32,000 bases of DNA from Mycobacterium leprae TN (GCF_000195855.1 NC_002677.1:3150001-3182000); one strand, 5' to 3'. Numbered from the stretch's first letter, positions 11,078-21,435 are shown. The notes: generated by a model not told the origin, from the letters alone. Made by a program: numbers and translations.

Positions 11078-11643
11078 TCAGGGCTGAGCAAATAGCCTGC
11101 ATACAGCCCCCACACCGCACAACACTACTAGCAAGGTCTCGGTCAAGGGATACGCATCGATGTAGCTGGCAAGTTCGCCACACTCGATGGCATCCTTGAC
11201 AGCCCAGCTCAGAAAATCTCGGCTAAGCCGTACGGCATCGTTTTCGGTGCAACTCAATTCTGGATGTCGCTGTGATTCCAGCACGTTGGTGACGAGGAAC
11301 GCCGACACGAACGGAGCGGACGGATTAGCGGAATGCGCTTGCATCGCAAGGTTGATGAATACCGACACCGGCCTAAGCAGGGTCGTCTCCCGCTTAGCCT
11401 GATCGATGCTGGTCGCAATAACCAATTGGTTGGTTTGGTCCACCACCTCGCTGTACAATGCCCGCTTACTGGAAAATGTAATGATTGATCGCGGGACAAG
11501 TCAGGTCAGCACGGACAGCAATCGCCTGAAAAGTCGCCCCGTAATAACCACGTTCACTGAGACACTTCGCGAGCGACGCGCACAATGCGCTTGCGTGTCT
11601 CGTCGGCTTTCGCCGCTGGGGGACGGCCTGGATTGCGACTCAC
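11078..11643 (-). pseudogene. TetR-family regulator pseudogene (Rv0144 position), two frameshifts
   Basis: The N-terminus 'VSRNPGRPPAAKADETRKRIVRVAREV' runs into a stop at 11556-11554. The HTH continues in another frame ('SERGYYGATFQAIAVRADLTCPAINHYIF'). A third frame carries 'SKRALYSEVVDQTN...' through ORF 11078-11458, which is the ligand-domain-like C-terminus. Confidence 0.75.
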
Positions 11644-11689
11644 CCTAGACGGCCTTGCTAAAGTGTGCCACCACCGCCGCGATGCGGCA

Positions 11690-12520
11690 TCACACGTTAG
11701 CTGGAATGTTGCCGAACTTGCCGGACCGGTAGTCGTCAAGCACTTCGATCAATTCAGCACAAGAGTTGATCACAAATGGTTCGCAGTGAAATATCAACTC
11801 GCGAATCGGCAGTGCGACCAGCATCAGTACGTCGTACGATTTGGTCTGCCTTAACTCCGACGGTGATTCGATCGGCCGGGCCCGGGAACGGCCAACCGAC
11901 CCTGGTTAACCAGATGAGCGACCGGGACGAGGCACCAGCTACCGAACAACACATACACCAAATGCACTACAGTCGGGCCACCATAGCAATGTTGGCGTAA
12001 CCTCCATTTTAGATCGTGGCGTGCATGCAGTGCGACCAGCGTGTGGGTAACACCAAGGCCGCGGCGGACTTCGAATTCCACGACAACATAACGGACCAGC
12101 GCACCGCCGTCTCCCCGTCGGGGAGCAGCGTAACATTGCTGGTTTCGATGACCTGATACCGACAGAACGTGAACTTGTCTTTGCTGGACAAACTCACCCC
12201 AGAGCTGAACGCCGTGGATGATGGCGGGTCCAGCATCCACGGCGTCGCGCCGGCCGTGATAAGATCGCCCCACCATGAGAATCCTAATGCGTGAACGTGC
12301 CGTCGATCACATTAAGTGACCGTTTCGAAGCATCGGCACAGATGCCAATCGGTACCGGGAAGTGGCCGGCTGGTACTCCACTTCACCTAATGGATCCATA
12401 TGTCCAGTTCCGCGCTGCTGACCCCGGCTAACGCCCGGAACACTGGAAAAGCCCTTAACCTTCATAGCCCAGCCCTCGCGGGCCGATGGTGATCGATCGG
12501 ATTGGCAGCTCGGCGTCAGC
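11690..12520 (-). pseudogene. Pirin-family (bicupin) pseudogene
   Basis: Minus-strand fragments in several frames read 'MDPLGEVEY' (DPFL.LD), 'GTFTH*DSHGGAIL', 'RDAVDAGPAIIHGVQLW' (resembling GDVQWMTAGSGIIHSE) and the C-terminal 'EPFVINSCAELIEVLDDYRSGKFGNI' (resembling GPFVMNT.EEI.QA..DY..G.FG). Multiple stops are present. Confidence 0.65.
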
Positions 12521-12534
12521 GGACCCGGCCGAGT

Positions 12535-12570
12535 AGATGTCCAGCTACATCACTATGTAGCTGGACATCT
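12535..12570. repeat. Perfect palindrome/hairpin: 16-nt arms AGATGTCCAGCTACAT / ATGTAGCTGGACATCT with 4-nt loop CACT
   Basis: Read directly, with arms exactly complementary over 16/16 positions. It lies between the 5' ends of the divergent pirin (minus) and ClC (plus) pseudogenes. Confidence 0.95.
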
Positions 12571-12599
12571 TTACCTCTTCACCTAGCTTATTATGGTTA

Positions 12600-13900
12600 G
12601 GTACTCAGCACCCCGTTCCGTGCGATACCACCGACGGTGAGCACCAAGGGTGTATACCACGCCGGTATAGCGATTGTCTGCACCTTGCTCCAGCCGCGTG
12701 GGTCGTTGAGCATTGATACGTCAGGCATCAGGGTGACCACGGCTGGGGCACTGCTGTGGTCATTGATCTAGGTTAAACTCGCGCCAGAAGCCACCGATCA
12801 CAGCACTGACGAAGCCATTCAGGCAATACACGGCATCTGCAGCCGGAGTGGTAATTGGTCAAGATGGTGGTCAACGCACTCACCATTGGCTCCGGGGGTT
12901 CAGCTGGACGCGAAGACCCCACGGCCCCAATCTCCGCTGGCTTCGCTTTGTTGCTGACACGACGGCTCGGCCTGTCCGACAAGAACGGCCGGATCGCGGC
13001 AGCGTTGGGCATTAGCACAATCTTCACAGCACCGCTAGACGATGGGAGTATGGCGGTATCGATCGTCTACCGCGACAACTGCGACCACCGCCAGCTGATC
13101 CCGGGGTTAATTACCCCTGGGAGAGCCTACGCAGTGCATGGATCGGTGTTGGATGTTACCCTTCACTGGTCAACTACATCAACGCCGTGTATCGCTTCGA
13201 AAAAGCGTGACCGATGAGAAAGTTTGTGGTGATAAAATTTGGCTGCGACAGCAGCCGCTACCTGTACGACTTAATTACACGCGTCGGTGCTAATCACTTA
13301 GCGACCTTCGCGGCGGGCAGGTACTCAAACCCACCCTGGGTGGACTCCTGGGACTGCTAGATCCCGGGTCTTGGACAATAGTTATGACTGGACACCGCTC
13401 GGAGTCACTAATGGCGGTCCCGTTTGTTGGCTTGTAGCGGTACTCGCGATCACTAAAGATCGTCGGCACATCAGTGTCAATCAGCACTAGCAGCTCAGGA
13501 TAGTTGTGCGGACTACTCCGAGTACTGGATGCCCCGGGTATAGCGATTTCTGCTCGAGTAGATCTTTCAACGCATAGTTAGACAGCTTGCCGAGCGCCGC
13601 TGGCAAATCATGATCATGGTCGCGGAGATGACCAACGCATTCTCGAAGCAGTGCAGCCACCTAAACCAGCCGTGGTAGGCAAGCGAAGGCAGCACTGAAC
13701 CGACCAGTTAAGGCTGAATTGCCCAACCTCAACGGGCCGTTACCAGGGAACGTAACAATGCGTGCACCCTTCACCTTATGATTCCAAACTCCAGCAGATC
13801 ACAGATTCATCGTACGTTGGACCGCAAACTATTTCCCTAGACAGGATGGCAATGTGACGACGCCGTTTGACGACATTCAGGTCGAGCTGACGTGAACCGT
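12600..13900 (+). pseudogene. ClC/EriC voltage-gated chloride channel pseudogene (Rv0143c position)
   Basis: Plus-strand frames give 'APEATDHSTDEAIQAIHGI', then after a frameshift 'VKMVVNALTIGSGGSAGREDPTAPISAGFALLLTRRLGLSDKNGRIAAALGISTIFTAPL'. This carries the ClC selectivity-filter GREGP-type motif, here GREDP. Downstream hydrophobic fragments are broken by stops. The 3' boundary is uncertain. Confidence 0.7.
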
Positions 13901-14329
13901 GCCTACAGTGTCTATGTGACGTATAGTGATCGAGACTAAGGTTTCGCGGTGCTCAGCGATGACTCCACCTGCTGGAGCAGCGTCACCCGAGATTCGTTCG
14001 ACAAGCAGACTCTCCGGCATCGCCATCGAGCGAAGCAAACAGATCTTCGAGATCAACATCGAACGATGCGCTGCACCAATTAAGGCGACGCCGGGATCGT
14101 TGAGGGGGCAGGCCGACAGCATCACTCCCGGCGTGCGGTACGACAGCACCTGCATTTTCAGCTTAGACACCCGTGACGGACTTGTGTCGATCCGCGAATA
14201 CAGCGGCACCGGCAACGGTCACTCCGCTGTAGTAGCTGGCGTCAATTTTGAACGGGCAGTAAGTTAGCTGGTGTCGGTGTGGAACTAAGCCGGACGGTGA
14301 CGACGATTGAGAGCTTAACGCTTCCCAAG

Positions 14330-14827
14330 TCACACGGGCAGGGCCAGTCCGAACTCATAGCGATGGTATTGCGCCATCGTCCACAGTTCCGGGACCGGCC
14401 TACCTGGAGTTGAGAGCTTACCCGACCACCGACATGCAGGCGACACCAGGTTGAATATGTCGCTGTCAAACACCGATTCGACGCACCAAAAGGCGCGACG
14501 CCGAAAAAGCGTACACAATTTCAGCGGGACTGACGATCCACCAGCAAAGTTTGGCGCAGGTTGGACGAACCACCGCATTGATCACCTGGGAGCGAATTCC
14601 GAAAGTGTTGAATACGTCGAACCGCATAGCCGGCTCACCGGAAAACGCTCGGTGATGTAGCGTAGCAACGCCAATCGTTCATCTTTCGACAAGTACACCA
14701 TAATACCCTCAGCAATGAACAAGGCCAGAGGCGCGGATGAGTTATCACCGCCAGCCAGAACAAAATCGGTCACCGACGTCGGAAACATCCAATAATTCGT
14801 GCAAACGAGACATAGCTGTCGGCACAA
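14330..14827 (-). pseudogene. Class I SAM-methyltransferase-like remnant (same 'AEG-L/I-x-M/V-YL' superfamily as 9055-9996)
   Basis: ORF 14582-14827 contains 'APLALFIAEGIMVYLSKDERLALLRYITERFP', to be compared with '[21 protein letters not shown]' in the intact gene. The flanking frames are broken, so no full-length ORF exists. Confidence 0.4.
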
Positions 14828-16328
14828 CGCGATGACTTCAGGAGAGTGGATATCTTACCAGCACACACTCGCAGGGAATTCCAGTCTCTCACGTCGAGCA
14901 ACCAGACCACAACCCGTGTACAGCACTACCGCTTCATCGTGCACAGCTAAGTATGGAGCTGGAGCGTCTAATTGTCGAAGCCAGCGGGGCTAACAACGAC
15001 TTACGGGGTCCGTAGCACGTTTGCTTATAAACGTTGTCGACCTACGCATAGTCAATACAAGCCACAGCAACCCTCGTGTAATGGTCAGCCAGTATCAAGT
15101 GAGGAACATCGGTGTCGAACACTTTGGCGGATCCATCGACATGCACCCATTCCATGTGCACGAACCTATTCCGATGGGGCAGCGGCGATCTTTCGAGTCG
15201 TTCCGCATCGCGACCCAGAACTGAACATCCGCACGGATCGATTCCTCGACCAGGAACGATTCCCAACTCAACTCCCGTACGACCCTGCCGTGATCGATTT
15301 CTGATTCGGTGCACGTCGTCCGCACCGACGCTAAGCTGAGGTTCGACATCTTTGCCGGTGAGCCGAGCTCGCAAGCTTCCCCGTAACGCCCGGACCGTTA
15401 CAATATCGGGGTCGAGATAGGACCGTTGCGGCTGCGGCACGCCGGCTTAATCGGCCGCAATACTCACGACTTGCTGCAACGGAATCATCCAAATTCAGAT
15501 ACATATCGCTAGACGAGAATTTGCAGCCGATGCCGTTCATCAAAAACGGCAGCTTGCCGAAAACCACGCAGGAAATGAAAGCTTCAGGGTGGGCATGGCC
15601 ACTACCGTACGTCGTCGAGAAGCACATTGCGACGACGAGCAGGCCGAACGCGGCCACGTAACACATCATCAAATCCTCAGCAGGCAAACTATATGGGACT
15701 TAGGGCATCAGGGCGGTGGTGACGATCACATTGGCCCCGATTGGCACTTACCCACAGCGCCGGCCCACCATTGCGTAGACACTGGTGAAGAGAATCTGCA
15801 CAAGCCAGGCTGCTGAGGCGCGACCAAAGATATTACGACGCCCTTCACACACCCACTCATGCGAAACAATAGCTACTTGCCGCGTAACCACGCGGCAGTG
15901 TCGACTACCCAGCAGTACACGTCACCCGCAGCAGTCCATCACCTCGCGTAGGGTGGCGACGTCGAAACAGGCGCAGGGAAACCGTGTGGAGTACAAGACA
16001 CCGATAACACAAGTGCTGGAGGTGAGTCAGACCATCGCCAACACATCGCGTTTCACAGGTGTAACGTTGGTAACAAACTTGTGTATCACATACGAGCTGA
16101 GGAAACCGTTGGCGACGATGACCAATGCGAGTGTGGTGCTCACCGATTCCTCACTCCCCATAGCTGTTCTCAGCGCATACAGTAACACTGCCGCGACGTT
16201 ATAGCGTCCCCAGGGCTTGCTTACAGCACAACTACATCTACACCCCCGCCCCGCAAGAAACTCAGCGGGTTAGGGTTTTAGTAAGTAAGATAGTTCTGTT
16301 GACGACACCACTGACAGACGGCGACGTA

Positions 16329-16374
16329 AGTAATGATGGATGTATTGGTCGAGTAATGATGGATGTATTGGTCG
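16329..16374. repeat. Perfect tandem duplication, 23-nt unit AGTAATGATGGATGTATTGGTCG x2
   Basis: Read directly: 16329-16351 and 16352-16374 are identical and contiguous. It lies in decayed DNA upstream of msrA. Confidence 0.95.
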
Positions 16375-16864
16375 CGGTGGGTGTAATCCCGTCACTAAAG
16401 ATCGGACACTGGGTTGTCTGGTTTGCAGATGATGCGCTCGGTAGGTTCATCGGACTGATCACAACGACGAAAACGTGATCATGTGGCTCACGGGGAAGGG
16501 CTTAATCGTCTGCTCAATCCAAGCACGCACCTGATCGTGTTCGGGCATGGCGCACACCGCATGCTGGATCTACGTGACGTCCAGTGTCTACTGAGCGATC
16601 TAGGAGTACCATACTAATGTTTCAACGGCCCGAGCGACCGGTCTCCTGGAAATTCTCAAATGCGACGGACAGCTCGCAACGGAAGAACAGCCAGGTAGTC
16701 ACGCAAGCACCCGGAAAATGTTGGCTAGGCGGATTTTCTTGGCGCAATTCGATCGCACATCCGGTTTCCGAATGCCGTTACATCTCATTCGTCTGAGTGT
16801 AACCTGGCTAGGGACCGTCATCGGCCCCAGGCACCATCGCTGGTAAAGCCAACAGGGAGAGTCA

Positions 16865-17398
16865 ATGGCAAGGACAAACACCCGAAAAGCGATCCTCGCC
16901 GGCGGCTGTTTCTGGGGAATCCAAAATTTGTTCCGCCGACAACCCGGTGTGATATCGACCCGGGTTGGCTATACTGGCGGCGGCACACCCAACGCGACAT
17001 ACCGTAATCACGGCATGCACGCCGAGGCGGTCGAAATCATCTATGACCCAGCGATCACTGATTATCGCACACTATTGGAATTTTTCTTCCAAATCCACGA
17101 TCCGACAACACGAAATCGGCAAGGAAACGACCAGGGTACCAGCTACCGGTCGGCCATCTTCTACCTCGACGACGAACAAAAGAAAGTTGCGCTGGACACC
17201 ATAGCCGCCGTCGAGGCTTCCAGCCTATGGCCTGGCAAAGTAGTGACCGAGGTCAGCCTCGCTGAGGACTTCTGGGAGGCCGAGCCTGAGCACCAGGATT
17301 ACCTGCAGCACTATCCCAACGGGTACACCTGCCACTTCGTTCGTCCCAACTGGAAGTTGCCACGACGAGCCCCCGCAGACGCAAAAGCCGACAGCTGA
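16865..17398 (+). CDS. msrA: Peptide-methionine (S)-S-oxide reductase MsrA
   Basis: Uninterrupted 177-aa ORF with the active-site motif 'GGCFWG', plus 'GYTGG', '[11 protein letters not shown]' and '[18 protein letters not shown]'. A GGGAGAG Shine-Dalgarno sequence sits 4 nt upstream of the ATG. Confidence 0.95.
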   Translation: MARTNTRKAILAGGCFWGIQNLFRRQPGVISTRVGYTGGGTPNATYRNHGMHAEAVEIIYDPAITDYRTLLEFFFQIHDPTTRNRQGNDQGTSYRSAIFYLDDEQKKVALDTIAAVEASSLWPGKVVTEVSLAEDFWEAEPEHQDYLQHYPNGYTCHFVRPNWKLPRRAPADAKADS

Positions 17399-17414
17399 TC
17401 GGCTAGGACCCCAG

Positions 17415-18710
17415 GCGGTCAGCGTTGACGCAGGATCCACTCGCCCGCCATTTCTTGGGGTGTAGACTACCCCGCGCAAGTGCTATCGTTCACCAGGCGC
17501 CGTGGTGGTATCTATAATCCAGTAGCGCAACACCATTTTAAGCACCACATTCATTCCATCTCCATCTTGGCAAATGGACACACATCGGCTCGTGCCGCCG
17601 CTGAACGGGGATCCACGCGAAGGAGGATGGCTTGTGTTCGACGTACCGCCGCGGATCGCAGTGCTCCGAGACCACGGACAGGCCAGTAAATTTGCGCAAT
17701 GCTAATCAAGATCGAATCCTCTCGGGGAATGGCCCATTCGCTGAGGTGGTACACGGACGAATAGACGCGACGAGCGGCGAAATCGATGACCGTCCTGGTC
17801 CACTGGACTCCCAGGTATAGTCGCCTGACGCAGCGCGGGGGCAGGATCATCACCTGGCATTGTCGCCCCCATCGATGATGGATCGGCCAGCACCCCCAGG
17901 TGCTGGCTCAACAATTAGAAGAGGCCGACTAGAGTGGCCGCGGTGGGATGGAGCCGGCGCAGTTCGTCTAGTTCGGAGCCGAAACCTGCGCGCATGATGA
18001 CATTGATCGTGATCCGATTAATCAAACGGCAGTGTGGCAAAAGGCTAGCCTTCAGGCCAGTTCTAAGCCCCCACAGCGGCTCTGCTTCGAAGATACGCAC
18101 GTGATTCTTCATGCACGTGCCGTGCAAACGGCGGCGAAGCCGCTCTGCCGTAGATCGGGAGTCGAGCATGAAAATGTCGTGATTGCAGCGCGCCTGGCGT
18201 TCGACGGTCCATCGCGGTAACACGGCAACGCCAAGGAACTTCAACACCTTTGGGAGCCGGTAAGCAGGGAAACCTAAATTAAAAACCGTAGCGATCGCTA
18301 AGATCAGCACCCGAATTAGGGACGGCGCCATACTGTACCGGCCCATTGGCCCTAACACGGTGTCTTGCGGAACCAAGCCCGACAGAGCCTCAAATGCACC
18401 GAAAAGAGCTCCGTAAATGACTTCAACAACAATTTCACGTGCGACGCGGTTCTGTGCTACACCAAACCCTTTTCGGTATCAGCTGCCAGACAACCTAGCC
18501 ACCTCGATCGGCTAGCGTTACTGCCGAGCGAGCACAGCACACAGCATAGTCCGACGCTCGAACCCCTTGGTTGCACGACATTGCCGAACTCGCTTAGGTA
18601 GTATAACGGGCGCCGAATCCAATTTCGCCCGGAATCGCCCTGTCAACACCGAAACATGATTAGTCAGCACATGGCCGCACCACCGCGGTGGAGGACTTCT
18701 GTCCACCCAC
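17415..18710 (-). pseudogene. cyp138: Cytochrome P450 pseudogene (cyp138 position)
   Basis: Minus-strand fragments read 'ITINVIMRAGFG', 'RLYLGVQWTRTVIDFAARRVYSSVYHLSEWAIPREDSILISIAQIY' (K-helix and meander region) and 'DPRSAAARADVCPFAKMEME'. The last stands where FGGG.RRC.GA.FA.MEM is expected, so the heme-Cys loop is destroyed. After a shift come 'MNVVLKMVLRYWIIDTTTAPGER*' and 'RGVVYTPRNGGRV'. The gene is convergent with msrA, as in M. tuberculosis. Confidence 0.6.
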
Positions 18711-18799
18711 TACAGAAGCATATCTCGGGCTGCAGCGAATGCCGCGACTAGGTGGTAGATGAACGCACTGGTGAAATACGGGACATGAGATGATGGCCT

Positions 18800-19300
18800 G
18801 GCTGCTTGCTGATCGGCGGGATGCGTGGGCAACGGCGGTGCATGACTAAACCTAGCTCCGCATCGTCAACGCCCACAAAACACTTGCAGTGCGTAGATTT
18901 GTTGGATGTCGCCATGCTGGATATAGCACCGTCACTATTGCAGTCCATGAACAGCTTTCACCGCAAAATTTGGGCAGCTTCACCATCGTTGGCATCGGTA
19001 CCGAATCGATGGACGACCGCGCCCTAATTACACTTCATGATTGAGGGGCTGGCAGCCGTCCTACTCGGTACCACCACCTGGCGCAGTCTCGTCGTGGCCG
19101 AGCTGGTGTGGACCGATGTGCCCTGCGACCGGGTCGATTGTTCGTGGTCGCGGCGGTACGGTCCCCTATATGTATGTAGAAATATGTATGTAGAAATCTT
19201 CCTCTATAGCGGCCAAGGCCCTAACAAAACAACCGGGCTAGCGGCATTCTGAACAGTTCCACTCTCACAGTTTTACCAAACAGTTTCCGATGATCCTGGA
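18800..19300 (+). pseudogene. Possible TetR-family regulator remnant (Rv0135c position)
   Basis: The evidence is weak. 'VDLLDVAMLDIAPSLLQSMNSFHRKIW' resembles a TetR HTH ('..T...IA..AGVS..TF.RYF'), and it is followed after a stop by 'MIEGLAAVLLGTT'. The call rests mainly on position. Confidence 0.3.
19168..19197. repeat. Perfect tandem duplication, 14-nt unit ATATGTATGTAGAA x2 (+AT)
   Basis: Read directly: 19168-19181 and 19182-19195 are identical, followed by a partial third unit AT. Confidence 0.95.
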
Positions 19301-19323
19301 AGCAGATCGCATATTGTTGAGAA

Positions 19324-20169
19324 CTATGAGGTTGTAAGGAATACGTCATTAAGGGTGACGGTACGAAGATGTCGTGAACGGATGATGTCGATGAGCTGCG
19401 GGTAGACGTGGGTAACCGGTAGGTGGTTGAGATGTCCGATCACGATGGCTTGCGGAGTGAAATACTGGTCAGCCATCTTCACGATGTAATCCTCGGTGAT
19501 CAGCGTGGAATCCGACAGCGAACCCGACCATAAGGTTGGAACGGTGTAGCCGAGATCGACCGCCACCGCATCAACAGTGGCGTTGTGCTTGGCATACGGT
19601 GGACGCCAGTACGGTTGCGCGGCGATACCGTAGTTCTTCTTCAGGAAGTCGTCGTTGCGGTTAAGCTGTGTGGCTATCTCGCTTTTAGTCATTGCTGTCA
19701 GATCCGGGTGAGACCAAGTGTGGTTGCCGAGTTGGATCTGGCCAGATTCCACCAACGGTCGCAACATCGACATGTTGTCGGTCCAGGAGTCGTAGACTCC
19801 GTTGACGAAAAACGTCAGCCGTATGTCGGTGTCTTTGACAAACTGCACGTAGGAACGCACTACCTCGGTATTGACGCCGTCGTCGACGGTAAGAGCAAGC
19901 AGATCGCCACGACCCGGGATCTTAGATAGCACACCACCGCCAGGCAATGGAATGCGTGCACTCGTTGGTGGCGGCGGCAATACACCTGCGGCGTTAGGAG
20001 TCGGCGTCAACTCGGCAACCACCGGCGCTTGGACGAATGTTCGCGGTTGCGGGCCGACCACGAGGCGTACTGCGCCGAGGCCGGTCACAGTGGACACGGC
20101 AAGCGCGCCCAAAAAGCTACGCCGGTTTAGCGCTGACACAGCAAAGCCTCGAGCACACGTATGCACCAT
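19324..20169 (-). CDS. Secreted polysaccharide deacetylase (CE4/NodB domain) with twin-arginine signal
   Basis: Uninterrupted 281-aa ORF (ATG 20169, TAG 19326-19324). The N-terminal 'NRRSFLGALAVSTVTGLGA' looks like a Tat signal. All NodB motifs are intact: 'LTVDDG', 'HTWSHP', 'RPPYA' and 'IGHLNH'. Confidence 0.85.
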   Translation of the reverse strand: MVHTCARGFAVSALNRRSFLGALAVSTVTGLGAVRLVVGPQPRTFVQAPVVAELTPTPNAAGVLPPPPTSARIPLPGGGVLSKIPGRGDLLALTVDDGVNTEVVRSYVQFVKDTDIRLTFFVNGVYDSWTDNMSMLRPLVESGQIQLGNHTWSHPDLTAMTKSEIATQLNRNDDFLKKNYGIAAQPYWRPPYAKHNATVDAVAVDLGYTVPTLWSGSLSDSTLITEDYIVKMADQYFTPQAIVIGHLNHLPVTHVYPQLIDIIRSRHLRTVTLNDVFLTTS

Positions 20170-20209
20170 GACAGATCCAGCAAACCCAATCCGGTCATTG
20201 TGAGATGGT

Positions 20210-21130
20210 TTGCGGTGCGATACACGATAGACAAGCCCGCTTGCGGGATGCTCATGTCACCGACGTCGGCCTCCACAGCAGCAAACCGTACCACTAACAG
20301 GGAAAACTATGCCGGATAAGTTGCGGCAGGTCAGCCACTGATTGAAGATTCAATAGTTGACCTTCAATGACGTTTCCACCATCATGGTTGAGAAGCGTTC
20401 GAGTCCGGTTTTCGATACAGGTTCCGTCGCGGCAGCGAATGTTCCACATTAGGTAACCGGTGACTAGATGACGGGCTCTTACTATACTTATTTAAGATGT
20501 ATTGACCACGGTGCAGAGTGCGCTGCTGTGGAGCCGCGAGCGATTCGATTGTGGGGGAGATGGTGGAATTCGAGCACCACGACGCCGCTACCGCGCCAAG
20601 CACCGATCACGTCATCACGTGTCGTCCAATTTGGCTCTCAATGTATCTTGGCAGCTAGCTTGCTGGGGTGATGAGGACCGGTGACGTCGTTGTCGACAAG
20701 GTCGAGTCGGTGGATTGCCCTCTTCGCATTCTTAAGGAATGTGGCCGTTGCTAGCCGTGGGGTTTTCCTGAAATCGACAAGGATCTGCGCCAATACCGAT
20801 TCAGCGGCTAGGTACACCGCGCAGCGTGCCGATTCACCAAGTCTATAATCGGCCAACACACTACAGTCCGTACTGGGTCATCCTGAGCTCTTCTCCGGCA
20901 GTAATCATCGTCGAACCCGATGCACTTGGCTGATGGCCGACTGCCTGTTGGGTGACCAGACCAGAAACGCTACGAATTGATTAGCTACTTCCGTTGAAAC
21001 ACTGCCTACCGCAATCCAGCCGTAGGCGTCGTAAGTCGCCGGGGTCACTTGCGTAGGTATAGCATCCGATGACAAGACCGGCGCACGCTTGCTACCCATG
21101 TTGGAGCCGCAAGGTTGTCCACACTTTCCC
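20210..21130 (-). pseudogene. Alpha/beta hydrolase (epoxide-hydrolase-like, ephF position) remnant
   Basis: The minus frame 'GSKRAPVLSSDAIPTQVTPATYDAYGWIAVGSVSTEVANQFVAFLVWSPNRQSAISQVH' parallels 'G.G.PVLLLHG.P...V.APD.RGYG.S......Y....A.D..ALLD.LG...A..VGH', with an internal deletion. The remaining frames are broken. Confidence 0.4.
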
Positions 21131-21435
21131 GCTCGATCAGCGAATCAGCGCTGGAATTGACGACCGGCCGATCTGCAGTTATTACGAAAAGATATTTCGC
21201 CGCACATCCGATCGCGGGCTCGTGAGCTTTCCTAGTCGTCGAACTGTATCCGATACTAAACAATTGTCGAGCTGCAAGTCATCCGGCTGCCCGAATTACT
21301 CAGGCACCCCAGAGTTGCGGGGCGGCAACTGTACAAGCTCGGCATCGGGGGTTCCCAGCACTACGGCCAGCGGGTGGATCGCGCGGCGAACGCCGGTGCG
21401 ACAAATGGCCAGTTAATGTCTTCCGGACTGGGTAA

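Noticed and set aside
13449-13461. The 13-mer TCACTAAAGATCG shared between 13449-13461 and ~16392-16404
   Set aside because: Several exact 13-mer coincidences are expected in a window of this size. The flanking similarity is weak and gappy.
17700-17725. The tRNA T-loop-like string 'GATCGAATCC' (and 'TTCGAATC' near 6251)
   Set aside because: There are no complementary T-stem, acceptor stem or anticodon arm sequences around either site, and both lie inside pseudogene remnants.
17915-18376. A 153-aa minus-strand ORF as a stand-alone gene
   Set aside because: It corresponds to an internal portion of the P450 remnant, and the flanking P450 segments are in other frames.
20341-20368. Small inverted repeats upstream of the deacetylase (ATTGAAGATTCAAT ... 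CTTCAAT) as an operator
   Set aside because: The arms are only 6-7 nt, the site is more than 170 nt from the start codon inside the ephF-like remnant, and it is not distinguishable from chance.
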